Shown: one piece after another, positions 38,533 through 52,204 of the stretch
Layout: the number at the start of each line of letters is the position of its first letter
Position numbering within the stretch: the stretch's first letter is position 1
Translations under genes and position numbers: made by a program
The notes under the pieces: model-generated
Databases searched by the model: none
What the model saw: the letters and a program-made list of their open reading frames with translations, nothing else
Told to the model about the DNA's origin: nothing
Source of the DNA: Eledone cirrhosa
Lineage: Eukaryota
Length of the DNA stretch: 64,000 bases
Assembly: GCA_964016885.1 (NCBI GenBank)
Contig: OZ024742.1
Coordinates: forward strand, 350,238,001 to 350,302,000
Direction: 5' to 3'

Positions 38533-40863
38533 TTTTCCAACAAACCATTAGGGATAGAGCAAGGACAGTTCAACGACGTGAACTCTCTGCTGATGTAGGA
38601 CAGATGAATAAGATCTGTGTCTGTTGTCATGCAATGCTTTTTCATGGTGAAACTGCTAACTTTTGCTGTATGAATGAAACGACAGGTTGGGGAATTTGCC
38701 ACCTTTACCCCAGGAACTTCACAATCAACCTAGGGCAAACGATTTCAGGAAGAACCTCGGACAATACAACTGCCTGTTCCAAATGAAATATTTTGGGGCC
38801 GATGAAGTTCGGCCCTCAAGGAGTGGATGAAATGAATCCTTCTATCGTTATTCATGGTCAAATTCACCATTACATCGGTCCCTTAACCCCTAATCCCAAC
38901 GAACAACCCCAATTTCTTAAAAATTTACTTCTTGGATCCTCAGGATAGTGTTTATTTGAGGATCAGGATACTCCATAAAGATGGCATTCAGCGTGACATA
39001 GTTGAATTATTGGAAATAATACTCAGACAATATAACCCTTACGTTGCTTCATTTCGAATGGCAAAAGAACAAATTAAAAATATTCCCGAAGCTTCGATTA
39101 TTATTGATCCTGATAGGAGACCAGCAATGGAACATATGAGAAGATACAATCCACAAACTACAAACGAAGTTGCCGTTATTATACAAAACAGCACCGAACT
39201 TCAAGCAAAAGCACGGCACATTTTGTTGAAAGAAAAAGGCGGAAAATTGCAAATAATCTCAGAGTCCCATCGGTCCTAAGACAGTTTGCAGTATGTTCTC
39301 TTTTTTTCCTTTTGGCTATGACGGATGGCATCATGAGCTGTTAATGAGCAACAACAAGAAGTTGACGCCAATGCGCTACTATGCCTATCGAATAATGAAC
39401 CATGAGAATGAATTCAACCAACTTCTCAGAGGCGGTCGTATGTTTCAGCAATATTTGGTTGACATGGCTGCGAAGACTGAAGGAGATAGACTGCAATGCA
39501 TCCGAATGAATCAAACAACATTGCGATCTACAACATACAAGGACCTTACTGACGCATTGAATGATGATGACGATTTTCGCAATATTGGCAGGGGAATCAT
39601 ACTCTCTTCCACATTTGTCGGTGGACCGAGATATATGATGGAGCGATGCCAGGATGCCATGATGTACATACGGAAGTACGGCAAACTTTCGTTCTTCATC
39701 ACAATGACATGCAATCCAAACTGGCTCGAAATCCAGCAAAACCTATTCCTGAATCAGAAGCCACATGACAGGCCAGATTTAATTGCCAGAGTATTTGACC
39801 TGAAGCGGAAACTGTTAAGAAAATTTCTTACTGAGTAGATGGCTTATTTGGCAAGTGTATTGCTTACGTGCTGACAGTCGAATATCAAAAGCGAGGTCTT
39901 CCTCATGTGCACTGTTTGCTATGGCTCAATGAAGCCTCCAAGCCCAGATTCCAGGAATATGATAAATTTGTTCAAGCCGAAATACCAGATCCAAACAAAG
40001 ATCCAGAGGGTCATGAATTGGTGCTGAAGCACATGATCCACGGTCCGAATTGCTCTAACAATTCGCCGTGTTGGAAAGATGGAACGTGCAGTAAGCGGTA
40101 ACCTAAGCCGTTCAATGAATATACATTGTGTGGAGACGACTCTTATCCTGTGTACAGAAGACGGTCTTCAGGAATAGGAGGATTTGAGGGGCACCACGAA
40201 GGAAGGGGAAGCCGAAATATAACTTCGGAATGGGTGGTTCCCTACAATATGAAACTATTAAAACTGTTCAACTGCCACCTAAACGTAGAGATGTGCTCTT
40301 CCATGAAATCGATCAAATACGTTATCAAATATACCATGAAAGGCAGTGATCAGGCAATGTTTGTAGTGAACAGGCAAGATGAAATAATACAGTATTTAAC
40401 AGGAAGATATATCGGTCCTTCAGAAGCTGTTGCCTTGGTACTTGTATTTCCAATTCATGAGAGAGAACCGGCCGTAGTTCGCCTTCAAGTTCAACTACCT
40501 GAGGAAAATCAAATCTTCTTTCGGGTCAATGCTGCTGTTAAAGTAAACAATAACATGGCTAAGACGACTCTGACTGAGTTCATGGATCTTTGCGATCGCG
40601 ATCCGTTTGCAAAAACATTGTATTATGGCGATGTGCCAAAGTTTTATACTTGGAGTAATAAGAGATGGGAAAGGAGAACGCTGGGGAAAACAGTTGAGTA
40701 TTATCCAGGGCATTTTGAGGCGAATGTTTTGGGACGAGTATACACTGTTTCTCCACGAAGTAGTGACCTGTATTATTTAAGACTCCTTCTGCATCACGTC
40801 AAATGGCCAGTGTCCTTCAACTCTTTGAAAATGTGTGATGGAGAACTGCTGCCATTATTCAAA

Positions 40864-41048
40864 CGGTGGATTGGCAGTATCGGTAGAGGTTCGGACGCCA
40901 TGCTTTGACGCATAGAGTTACGGCCCTTGCCATTCTGAGTTCAAATCCCGCCGAGGTTAACTTTGCCTTTCATCCTTACGGGGTCGATAAAATAAAGTAC
41001 CAGTAATGTACTGGGTAATTTTCTGGCCTTGTGCCAATAGTAGAAACA
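40864..41048 (+). mobile_element. tRNA-derived SINE inserted in the Helitron ORF, 10-bp TSD ATTATTCAAA
   Basis: TSD at 40854-40863 and 41049-41058; removing the insert restores DGELLPLFKDVCREKGLLQSDDHW. Confidence 0.92.
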
Positions 41049-42309
41049 ATTATTCAAAGACGTCTGCAGGGAGAAAGGTTTGCTTCAATCGGATGATCAT
41101 TGGCAGCAAACTCTGGAAGATGCTGAGCGAACAAGGCTTCCCAAAGCCATGAGAGATCTATTCATCGTGCTCCTCACAAATACGGAAATTGACAATTTCA
41201 GTGCTTTATGGGCTCGATTTAAGCATTTGCTGTCTTCGGATTACCTTCAAATAGAAAAAAAGGGCTACCAGAAACTCTAACCTTTTGATTAGCGAGAGAC
41301 ATTATGATCAATGTCTTCTGTATTTTGAAGACAAACTTAACGACCTGGGCAAAAGTCTTAGTGACTTTAACTTGCCAAGGCCAAATAATATTGTTGCTAA
41401 TCAGGATATTGGCAATTTGGAGTTATTGCATGAATTGCAATACAGCAGAGAAGAGCAGCGACGATCTGTAGAAGAGACGGAGCTTCTATTGAATAGTGAA
41501 CAAAAACACGTTTACGACTTCGTTTGTAACAGTTTAGAGACGAACACATCTGCATTGATTTTCATTGACGCTCCAGGTGGAACAGGAAAGACATTCCTGA
41601 TTAACTTAATTCTTTGAAAAGTCAGGGGAAACGGTGACGTGGCTATTGTTGATGCGTCATCTGGCATTACCGCAACACTGATGCCTGGTGGAAGAACAGC
41701 GCATTCTAGGCTCATAATAACTATAGTAGTGAAAGAAAATGGTCTGTGCAACATTCTTTTAAATGTTGGCAAATAAAACCAGCTTTTCATTAACGTTGCA
41801 ACTTTTTAAGCAGAAAAATCTTTCAGAACAAACAGTCAAGCATCCATAGAGATATATAAAAAAGAATTTTGAAATGGAGTGATTGGATAGCTATTAGTGA
41901 AAAATGGTTTGATATTTTCTTTGTGAAAATACTTGTGAATAATACAGTGAAAAGACAAGTTTCGCGTAAATCGGACCACGGGTTCCTGAGATACGCGGGG
42001 TTTTTTCGGGTACCTTTATAAATAGCCAAATCAGCGCATAATGGGAAAATACTTTGAAAGTAAGGTACCATTGAAATGTGAATATAAACGTAGATGGTGG
42101 TTGTGAGAGAGAGGGGGAGAGAGCTGATGGTGTTGTTGAATGAAATTATGACAGGTGACTTCAAAGATTTGAATACAGCATTACTGTATCTAACTTGAAT
42201 TTGGTGACTGAATATTAAGTTGTATCTTATAACTTGTGTTAGGACAGGGTGTATGTGTGTGTGTGTCTGTGACCAGTGTATATAGGCCACAGAACACCCA
42301 CACACACAA

Positions 42310-42393
<84 letters not shown>

Positions 42394-42579
42394 GTACATA
42401 TACACACACACATACACGTATATATATATTGGCTTTCCAATGTCATTTTACATTATATACATTTTGTGTTTATTTTAATTATTTAAAAATTATTTTTAAG
42501 TGAACATGACCAACGGGTCACGGGTGGTCTAGTATATTATAAAGAACGAGGATTCAGTGTTGCATCATATATTTATTAA

Positions 42580-42669
42580 CATATTACATATGTTTCTCTA
42601 TCGATCAGCTCGAGGCAAGATCTATTACAGATAGAATCTGACTCTCTAATCGAAAGTTCTTCAGATATG
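42580..42669 (-). ncRNA. Type I hammerhead ribozyme motif
   Basis: Minus strand: catat-CTGAAGA-acttTCGATTAG...CTGATCGAtaga-GAAA-CATATG-TA-atatg; related degenerate copy at ~52236-52320. Confidence 0.75.
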
Positions 42670-42729
42670 TTTGGTATGGGGACGCATTTATCTTGCAACG
42701 TTACAACTATATATATATATATGTTTTAA

Positions 42730-43088
42730 TATTGCCAAAACTAATAATAGAATAAAAATTGTTTGGTTTAGGTTGGTCTTCGCTTCTGTATCTTTTATAA
42801 AATATTTTTCTCTAAAAAAAAAAAATGGCGTAGGCATTACAATACAACGGGAGGAAACATAATACTAAAACTGATGATGTCACAGATGTGTGACGAAAAA
42901 ACTTTGATAGACTATATATATATATATATATCAGTATTTTTAACCGTTGGTCAATCAATGATAAACATCGATTGTCAGCTAAATTAACTATGGAGATATA
43001 GAAGATACAGAATCGAAAACGAACCAAACAGTGAGTGTGTTGTTATTATTTCTGGCAATGTTATAACAATATGACCCTCCCCAAGTAT

Positions 43089-43095
<7 letters not shown>
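42730..43095. mobile_element. Old fold-back of Naiad-A-like 3' ends with HHR remnant (42871-42905)
   Basis: 42820-43095 aligns to 18095-18380 and ends ATGACCCTCCCCAAGTATAACAATAT-(TA)n; CTGATGA-t-GTCACA-gatg-TGTGAC-GAAA; short inverted copy at 42730-42800. Confidence 0.7.
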
Positions 43096-43179
<84 letters not shown>

Positions 43180-43180
<1 letters not shown>

Positions 43181-44627
43181 TATATTATATTTAGAGATTA
43201 AACTCATAGTCGTTTACAATTAATCAGCTCAAAGAAAGAGGCATTTCTGAGCAGTGAAATACAAGTTATATGTTAATATATATGATAAACACAAACGTGT
43301 TTGTATTGTAAGAGACAAAGTTAGCTAGCATGAAATAAACTAATTAAAGTGAATACAATTTGTCTGTCTCAATATAAGTTAATAAAGACAAGCTATATTG
43401 GCAAAAGCCGTGATTCCTGGACAAATTTAAATTTCAAAATCCAAACCCGCTCCGTAGATGAATTTGAACTTCGAAACCCAAATATGTTTCGCAACGATGG
43501 TACATGAATTGAAAAATAAAGAGAATCGAAATGAAATTGAAATAAAAAGTGAAATACCCAAATCTTCTGTGCTTATCAACAGGAATCCAGTAAAATTAGT
43601 ACATTCCACCCTCAAAAATTTTGCAGGACTGATTACACGTCGTGTAGCCAGCTATACTAGCCATCCCATACACCCGGTGCTAGAAATAACAGCCGTTTAT
43701 ATGGGATTAAAGATCAGCTCTACAGTTAAGCAGCAATATACTATATTATATTTAGAGAATAAACTCATAGTCGTTTTCAATTAATCAGCTCAAAGAAAGA
43801 GGCATTTCTGAGCAGTGAAATACAAGTTATATATTAATATATATGATAAACACAAACGTGTTTGTATTGTAAGAGACAAAGTTAGCTAGCATGAAGTAAA
43901 CTAATTAAAGTGAATACAATTTGTCTGTCTCGATATAAGTCAATAAAGACAAGCTTACATTGGCAAAAGCCGTGATTCCTGGACAAATTTAAATTTCAAA
44001 ATCCAAACCCGCTCCGTAGATGAATTTGAACTTCGAAACCCAAATATGTTTCGCAACGATGGTACATGAATTGAAAAATAAAGAGAATCGAAATGAAATT
44101 GAAATAAAAAGTGAAATACCCAAATCTTCTGTGCTTATCAACAGGAATCCAGTAAAATTAGTACATTCCACCTTCATCTTTAATCCCATATAAACGGCTG
44201 TTATTTCTAGCACCGGGAGTATGGTTTGGCTAGTATAGCTGGCTACACCATGTGTAATCAGTCCTGCAAAATTTTTGAAGGTGGAATGTACTAATTTTAC
44301 TGGATTCCTGTTGATAAGCACAGAAGATTTGGGTATTTCACTTTTTATTTCAATTTTATTTCGATTCTCTTTATTTTTCAATTCATGTACCATCGTTGCG
44401 AAACATATTTGGGTTTCGAAGTTCAAATTCATCTACGGAGCGGGTTTGGATTTTGAAATTTAAATTTGTCCAGGAATCACGGCTTTTGCCAATGTAAGCT
44501 TGTCTTTATTGACTTATATCGAGACAGACAAATTGTATTCACTTTAATTAGTTTACTTCATGCTAGCTAACTTTGTCTCTTACAATACAAACACGTTTGT
44601 GTTTATCATATATATTAATATATAACT

Positions 44628-44631
<4 letters not shown>
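43180..44631. mobile_element. Non-coding 561-bp unit in partial tandem plus inverted arrangement, (TA)n on both sides
   Basis: 43180-43740 is repeated at 43741-44173 and inverted at ~44174-44631; degenerate TTGATAA-GCA...TGC-GAAA HHR-like core. Confidence 0.75.
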
Positions 44632-44706
<75 letters not shown>

Positions 44707-44734
44707 GGAGAGAGATATGTTTATATATATATGA

Positions 44735-45210
44735 AAACAGAGAGAAAGAGACGATTATTAGGAAGAAAAATATATTTTTTTCCTTTTTTACTTCTTTCTC
44801 TCTTTTTTCCGCGTTAGAAAATGATTAAAACGAAATATTTTACTTTGTGTGAAGTGTTAAGGTATTAGTTGATTTATTTATTAATTAACAATGGCATTTA
44901 TTTATCTATTTATATATTTAATAATTGTCTATTACCGGTTTCAGCATTTTTATGCATTATCAAATGATAGTGATATGTATTGGTGTAGAATGGTGGTGTT
45001 GCACATGTTAAAGAAATGGTGCAAAAGAATAATGTGATTTACAAACAAGGTTTATGAAGTGAAAATAAAAAATAAAAAATAAAAAATAAAAAATAGGGCG
45101 TAATGTGGAGCATAAAAAGTGAATGTGAAAGAAAACATAATGTTATTCACAGGCATAGTGGAAAAAAAATATTTTTCTTCCTAATAATCGTCTCTTTATC
45201 CTTGTTTTCA
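44735..45210. mobile_element. (TA)n-flanked insert with ~45-bp terminal inverted arms and a U3:A8 HHR-like motif (44929-44966, minus)
   Basis: AAAGAGACGATTATTAGGAAGAAAAATAT / ATATTTTTCTTCCTAATAATCGTCTCTTT; minus strand TTGATAA-tGCAT-aaaa-ATGCt-GAAA-CCGG-TA. Confidence 0.55.
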
Positions 45211-45284
45211 TATATAAATATATATCCTAACTCGTTTGCTCTCTCTCCACATTTTATTATTATATATATATATATATATATATA

Positions 45285-45473
45285 TAGGAACGAGTAGGAC
45301 CGCGACGGCTGACCTCAAGCCGTTTCGACGGCTAATTCTGAGAATTAGCCGTCGAAACGGCTTGAGCTCAGCCGTCAGGGTCCTACTCGTTCCTATTACC
45401 CACTCTACTACCCTAAGTATTGAGTACTTTGGTGCGTTATGGTCCACCTGATTCCTTACCACATTTCCTTCGT

Positions 45474-45475
<2 letters not shown>
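45285..45475. mobile_element. Short fold-back element (~54-bp arms plus right extension) in (TA)n
   Basis: TAGGAACGAGTAGGACC...GACGGCTAATTCT-g-AGAATTAGCCGTC...GGTCCTACTCGTTCCTA; homolog at 56433-56628. Confidence 0.8.
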
Positions 45476-45500
<25 letters not shown>

Positions 45501-45504
<4 letters not shown>

Positions 45505-48500
45505 CAAAAAGATGAAATCGAAAATGCAACTGGAGTCTTATTTTTAAAAATATATATATATATTTATTTTGTTCCTTTACCGGTTTCGCAGTTCTTCTGC
45601 TTTTCAAAAGTAGAGTTGAGATGGAGGCTCTGTGGTTTTTCTCACATCTGGTTAGTCCTTGAATGTTACTTATGGCAAAAAGTGGCTCGAAACGCTAGGT
45701 TTTTAGAGAAGTAATTTGACTGGTTGGTGAATAAGTATAATAAATTTCGCGCCAGTTCGCGTTACAAAGTTCTTCAAACAAGGATGGGGGGGGGGGGGGT
45801 CAGGTTGTTTTTATCATATATGAGTGCAGTTTGGTTGGTTGATGCAGTCACGTGAATAAGCAGATCAGCTTTCGCGCCAATTTGTTTGAATTTATTTTTA
45901 CTTAAAAAAAGTGGCTCACGAAGGCTTTTTTTAAATAAATGTAATTTGATTGGATATAAATGAAATTATGACTGTCACGTGAATAAGTTCATTAAACCTC
46001 GCGCCCGTATTTGGGAATTTATGTTGTAGGCTTCTAGAGAATTTTATGACAAAGGACTGCAAATCACACCAACACCACAATACTCTAACCTCAATGAGAT
46101 AAATGACGATATCTCACACTTCTGTAGAAAATTACGTCTAACAGAGGAATTTTTTGACAAGCTGAATAACGACCAATCACTTGTACGGAATAAATGCAGC
46201 TACAACCCAACAAAAGGTAGAAACAGAGTTCTGGACAAATTTTGTGACCACATAGCTACTTTCCCATACCATGAACAACCGCAACCTAAACCCAAACCCA
46301 ACACGAGTCGAAGGGAATGGGAGATTATCCATGAACTAAAAAACAATACGGACATTATAATTAAGGAAGCGGACAAGGGAAGTACTATTATCATTATGGA
46401 TGCTGAAAAATATAAAAATTCTATGTTCTCTCTCTTACAAAATACTAATTACTATGAAAGAGTAAAAAAACTACCAGCAATGAAAAACGAGGACCAGATT
46501 AAACACACTGATTTATTGAAACCAGGAAGACTTAACTAAAAAGGAACGCGATTATTTAACACATTTTGAATACAAAACAGTGCAACCTTTACGGACTTCC
46601 GAAGATCCACAAGTGTAACATAATTAACGATGCCTGTAAACAATCCACCTCAGCTTGCGTGAACACACAATACCCCACATACCTTAAATTAAGACCAATT
46701 GTAGCGGGCCCACAATGTGAAACACACAGACTGAGCAACTTTATAGACATACTACTAAAACCAATTCTCAAACACATACCAAGCCTTGTAAGAGACGATC
46801 TGGACCTCTTAAACCACCTCCCTAAACATGTCAACAACGACACTCATATTGTGTCTTTCGATGTAGAGAATTTCAACACAACGATCCCACACCAATACGG
46901 ACTAGAATCAATAGGATTCTGGCTAAAGAAATATCCCAATGAGATACCTGACAGAATAGAAAAAAGCTTCATCACTGAGGGATTAAAATTTATCTTACAG
47001 AACAACTTTTTTGATTTCGATGGCAGTACTTACAAGCAAATATCGGGGACTACGATGGGTACAAAAGCCGCTCCAACTTATGCCAACTTACTGATGGCAT
47101 ACCTAGAAGTCCAGATATATGAATAGTCCAAATCAAAATACGGATTGAACTTCCACAAATATTTATCAGTGAATTGGAAACGCTACTTGGATGATTGTCT
47201 CATTCTTTGGTCCCACACACTCGACCAACTGAATGATTTCAAAAATTTAATTAATGGCATCAATAACAACATCCAATTCACAATGGAATACAGTCAATAT
47301 CAACTCCCATTTCTGGACATCTTAATCTTAAAAAAAGACACAAATATTGAAACTGACATACACTACAAACCAACAGATTCCAAACAATACTTGCTATTCA
47401 CCTCCAACCATCCAAAGCACACGAAGACGAACATTCCTTTTAACCTAGCAAGAAGACTTTTCACAATTGTCTCCAATTATGAAACGCGAAATAAAAGACT
47501 TCAAGAATTAAAGGAAATTCTACTCAAAAGACACTACCCACCATTACTAATAAATAATGGAATAGAAAGGGCTAAAGCAATAGGCATTGATGAATTACGA
47601 AAACAGAAACAAATTCAAGGTACGTCCAATATTCTATCATATATCTCAACACACAACCCAAGTAATGCGGAAGCTTACAACACTATTCACAAGAACATCC
47701 CACTATTGAAACAAGACCCAAGAATGAAAAAAGCCCTTGAAACACGCAAAATAATAAAAAGCAAAAGACAACCGAAATCACTAAAAACATTACTCACCAA
47801 TGCCAAATTACCTACCACAAACCCACAACCAACTGTCAAAAACTGTGGTCGCTCTAATTGTAGAACCTGCACTCACCTCATTGAAGGCAACACGTATACA
47901 TTTCAATCAGGACAAAATTTTGCTGTAAAAAATCATTTCATTTGCTCATCAAAAAATCTACTTTATGCCATTAAATGTAAAGGATGCAATGAAGATTATT
48001 TAGGACAAACTAAACTTACACTCAGAAACAGAATGACAGTTCATCGCCACCAACAATTACGAGATCCAACCACGAGACAGATACCACTAAGTGCATATCT
48101 AGACATATACACAAGTAATAAGGCACCCAAATTCCAAATCTTTCCATTTTACCTTTGCGCTGACAATACAACAGAACAATTACGAATAACTAAGGAAAAT
48201 ATGTTTATTCAAAAATATAGACCAGCATTAAATATAGTTTAATATACATTATGTCAACACCATAACATGCTAACCATCCAAACAGAAAAATTACGAATAA
48301 CTAACGAAAATATGTTTATTCAAAAATATAGACCAGCATTAAATATAGTTTAATATACATTATGTCAACACCATAACATGCTAACCATCCAAACAGACAC
48401 ATACACACACATATAACATACACACACATATAATACCTACTTTAGAAAATAAAAACCCGAACTAAATAAACCTTAACATTGACAATACAACAGGTCAAAT

Positions 48501-49623
48501 ACGAATAAATAAGGAAAATATGTTCATTCAAAAATATTTCTGCTAACGGAATCATTTTCCTACACACACACACACATACACACACAAAGTATATATTGTC
48601 TTCATCTTAACATGCTAACCATACTCCCACACACACATAACACCCATACACACACACATACCCCCCCCACACACACAACTCTCCCCTCCATTTCTACTAA
48701 TAGAATCACTTTCCTACACACATACACACACACAAAATATATATATTCTCTCCATCTTAACATACTGCCCCCCACACACACATAACACCCATAAACACAC
48801 ACACACAACTCCCTCCCCCATTTCTACTAATAGAATCATGTTCCTATACACACACACACACACACACAAGCACACAAATAAACATACATATCTCTACTTT
48901 CTTTATTTCAATATAAAGTTTGAATTCAGATACCCAAGCGCACCAGCCATATTCACTGAACCAGAACAATTCTCCCCATCCCATTTCTCTTGAGCATTAT
49001 CTTTTGTTTGTCATAAAATTCTCTAAAAGGCTACAAAATACATTCCCAAATACGGGCGCGAAATTTAATGAACTTCTTCACATGACAATCATAATTTCAT
49101 TTATAACCAATCAAATTACATTTATAATAAAAAAGCCTTCGACAGCCACTTTTTTTTTTAAAGTAAAAAGAAATTCAAACAAACTGGCGCGAAAGCTGAT
49201 GTGCTTATTCACGTGACTGCATCAACCAACCAAACTTCACTCATATATGAAAAAAACAACCTGAGCTCCCCCCCCCCTTTATTTGAAGAACTTTGTAACG
49301 CGAACTGGCGCGAAATTTATTATACTTATTCACCAACCAATCAAACTACTTCTCTAAAAGCCTGGCGTTTCGAGCCACTTTTTTCCATAGAAAAAAAGTA
49401 ACATTCAAAGACCAACCAGATGTGAGCAAAACAACAGACCCTCTATCTCAACTCTACTTTTGAAAAGCAGAAGAACTGCGAAACCGTTAGAGGAACCAAA
49501 TAAATATATATATATTTTTTTTAAAATAAGACTCCAGTTGCATTTTCGATTTCATCTTTTTTCCTTATATTTTCACTCGTGTAGGACACCTCGGTTATTT
49601 TTCATTTTGTAAAAAACCCTCAC

Positions 49624-49630
<7 letters not shown>
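45501..49630 (+). mobile_element. Neptune-type PLE 'B' with inverted 3'-end copy on the left (45501-46053 vs ~49007-49567), flanked by (TA)n
   Basis: Inverted arms align; HHR variant TTGAAAA-GCAG-aagaa-CTGC-GAAA-CCGG-TA at ~45573-45611 (minus) and ~49457-49493 (plus); ~110-bp tandem duplication over the stop codon. Confidence 0.9.
46047..48242 (+). pseudogene. PLE B RT and GIY-YIG ORF (stops and frameshifts)
   Basis: IIIKEADKGS, YGLPKIHK, LRPIVAGP, VSFDVENF, QISGTTMGTKAAPTYANL, KRYLDD, linker CGRSNCRTC, NLLYAIKCKGCNEDYLGQT. Confidence 0.92.
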
Positions 49631-49715
<85 letters not shown>

Positions 49716-49730
49716 ACATGTATATATATA

Positions 49731-50716
49731 ACCTACAATCTCACTTGGAGCTTACTGTCCAGAGCTAACTCTTACACGGGAGGACGCCGTCCGTGTAACT
49801 TCTGCTCGGAGGAAACATAACTAATGGTGTTTTCGGAGGACCAACTCCTAAACAAGAAAGACGAACTGGTAACCGCATGCAAACACAGATTGCGCAGGAC
49901 TTACCTCGCCCTCAAACCCCATAACGACCTGGGTGGGTAGACAAGGATTGATACCCCCCCCCCAACTTGCCGAATAAGTTCGGGAAAACCCCAGCTTACA
50001 TAGGTAGATGTATCTCTTTTCTTTTCCTGTTTGTCTTCTTCCAAATGTCTCATCCTATTACTTCCTTCCACCCCTTATTTTCTTCCTCGTCTGCTTTACC
50101 CCTTTCGCGTACCTCGATGCAACCCATTGGGCCCCTGTAGCATCAGTTTCCCCACCCCTGTAATTTTAAGATAGAATTGGCCGAATACGTTTTAATAACT
50201 ATTTATAGCAGATGTGTTAAACCCCTTTAATTTTGTAACAGTTTTGTTACTTCTCAATTTCTACAAGTTTTTTCTATTCTCACCTTATTAACCTGTAATT
50301 GTAAGATAGCATTGTGATTTTTTTTATTCATTTCTCACTATCTAATTTTATATTTTTGTTTTCTTTCTTTCTATTATCTTTGATTGTCTCCTACTCTCAT
50401 TCGATTTAACTATTCTATAACCTCTCCCCTCCACTTCAACACTATCCTTACAATCTGGTGCATACATATTACCTTCAGCACTTGACCGCTCCACCCACTT
50501 TCCTATTGTTCTACAGGCAAGTTCAGCCACCCCTACCTCCCACCAAATGCCATGATAGACTTATTTGTGTTTACAACAAATTTTAACCAATCCTCTTGAC
50601 AACTACAATATTCCCATATAAGGAAGTACCTACTTGACAAGTTCGGCTATTTATTCACCAGGCTAAAAATTCTAATTTAGTCCAGAAATAGCCGTCGGGG
50701 TCATACTTTTTCCTAC
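49731..50716 (+). mobile_element. 3' fragment of a Nematis-like PLE (endonuclease C-terminus and 3' UTR)
   Basis: YNLTWSLLSRANSYTGGRRPCNFCSEET*...LLNKKDELVTACKH; its terminal sequence is related to the 45285 and 56433 fold-backs. Confidence 0.6.
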
Positions 50717-50721
50717 ACACA

Positions 50722-50837
<116 letters not shown>

Positions 50838-51158
50838 TATATGTATAGAAATTTCGTATTTCTACGAAATTTCTATACATATTGTATAAAGCTATACTTG
50901 AAGCGAAATCCTATTTCTTTTCTATATATATATGTGTGTGTGTGTATTTTTATGTATATATACAAGTACACATAAACAGGTATATATATATGTATATATA
51001 TACACGTGTCTGTATCACACTGTATCACACTGAATGTCACTGAGAACAACCCGAAGAGTACACGTGTCAATGGAATGCTAACACACACACACACATACAC
51101 ACACTCATACTCTCTCTCTCTCACACACACACACACACATACACACACAGATACACAC

Positions 51159-51189
<31 letters not shown>

Positions 51190-51419
51190 TAATACCTTGA
51201 AAAATGTATTTCCGAAGGTGATGCTTCAGCATGCCCTCACTCTGACAGTTGAAACTTCTATAGAACACACACACGCACCGTATGTTTGTGTGTTTATATA
51301 CACACACACATGTATATATATATATATATATAATGGGTCTGTTATTTTTATCTACATTTTAAGATATTTTTTCCAATTCCATCCCGCCCTTCCCCTCAAT
51401 CTATCTTATTTCTCATTCT

Positions 51420-51457
51420 TTCTTCTGATGAAGGACTAGCGTCCGAAACGTTAAGAA
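51420..51457 (+). ncRNA. Minimal type I hammerhead ribozyme motif
   Basis: ttctt-CTGATGA-a-GGAC-tagc-GTCC-GAAA-CG-TT-aagaa; the downstream tail has an inverted copy at ~10760-10825. Confidence 0.8.
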
Positions 51458-51636
51458 CCTCTAACTCCTACATCAAGCGGTAACCTAATATATCCCTTCC
51501 ATATACTGTACCGATTGTGTTGTTATTTCTGTTTATCTTTTATAACGGATGAAAAACAACAAAAGCACGAACTTCATCCGTTCCCATGTCGATTCAATTT
51601 GGATTGCCTCGGAAACATAACATTATTATGTAACAA

Positions 51637-51710
51637 GCTGTCTGATGATGACACGACACTCGCACACAGAACAGTGTGGCCAGTGTCGTCACTGAAATAT
51701 ATATCACAGC
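51637..51710 (+). ncRNA. Type I hammerhead ribozyme motif with long stem II
   Basis: gctgt-CTGATGA-tgacACGACACT...AGTGTCGTcact-GAAA-TATATA-TC-acagc; inverted homolog at 19949-20022. Confidence 0.75.
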
Positions 51711-51856
51711 ATTGTTATTAAAGGACTTGAACATCTGAAACTACTTCGCTTTTCCTTATTCGATATTTACTCCGTCACTCCTATGCGGAAAAAGTACGTT
51801 GAGTGCTTGAATGGAATTGCATCAATATTTACCCTAATAATAATAATAATAATAAT

Positions 51857-51927
<71 letters not shown>

Positions 51928-52109
51928 TATATATAATTTCTGTCTTGACTTTTTTTTGAATTGAGATGGAATTATTTTCCCATATCTTACGTTAAATATT
52001 TTCCATCTTGACGTAATAGTCACATATATATATGATTTACTGTTGGCTTCTTGCTCACATTAATTTCTCTATTTTCATTTATATATATATATATATATAT
52101 AGATAGATG

Positions 52110-52204
<95 letters not shown>

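Larger units (their letters stand above)
30544..41770 (+). pseudogene. Helitron RepHel transposase pseudogene (STPR-like repeats, Zn-binding motif, HUH Rep, truncated Pif1 helicase)
   Basis: Start MPRRGRKK; GQMNKICVCCHAMLFHGETANFCC; Rep motifs FITMTCNPNW, EYQKRGLPHVHCLLW and SIKYVIKY; helicase FIDAPGGTGKTFL and SSGITATLMPGGRTAHS. Multiple stops and frameshifts; ends after motif Ia. Confidence 0.92.

Noticed and set aside
45501-49630. TIR DNA transposon interpretation of the long inverted repeats
   Set aside because: The enclosed ORFs are RT plus GIY-YIG, the arms are unequal copies of the 3' UTR, and there is no DDE transposase.
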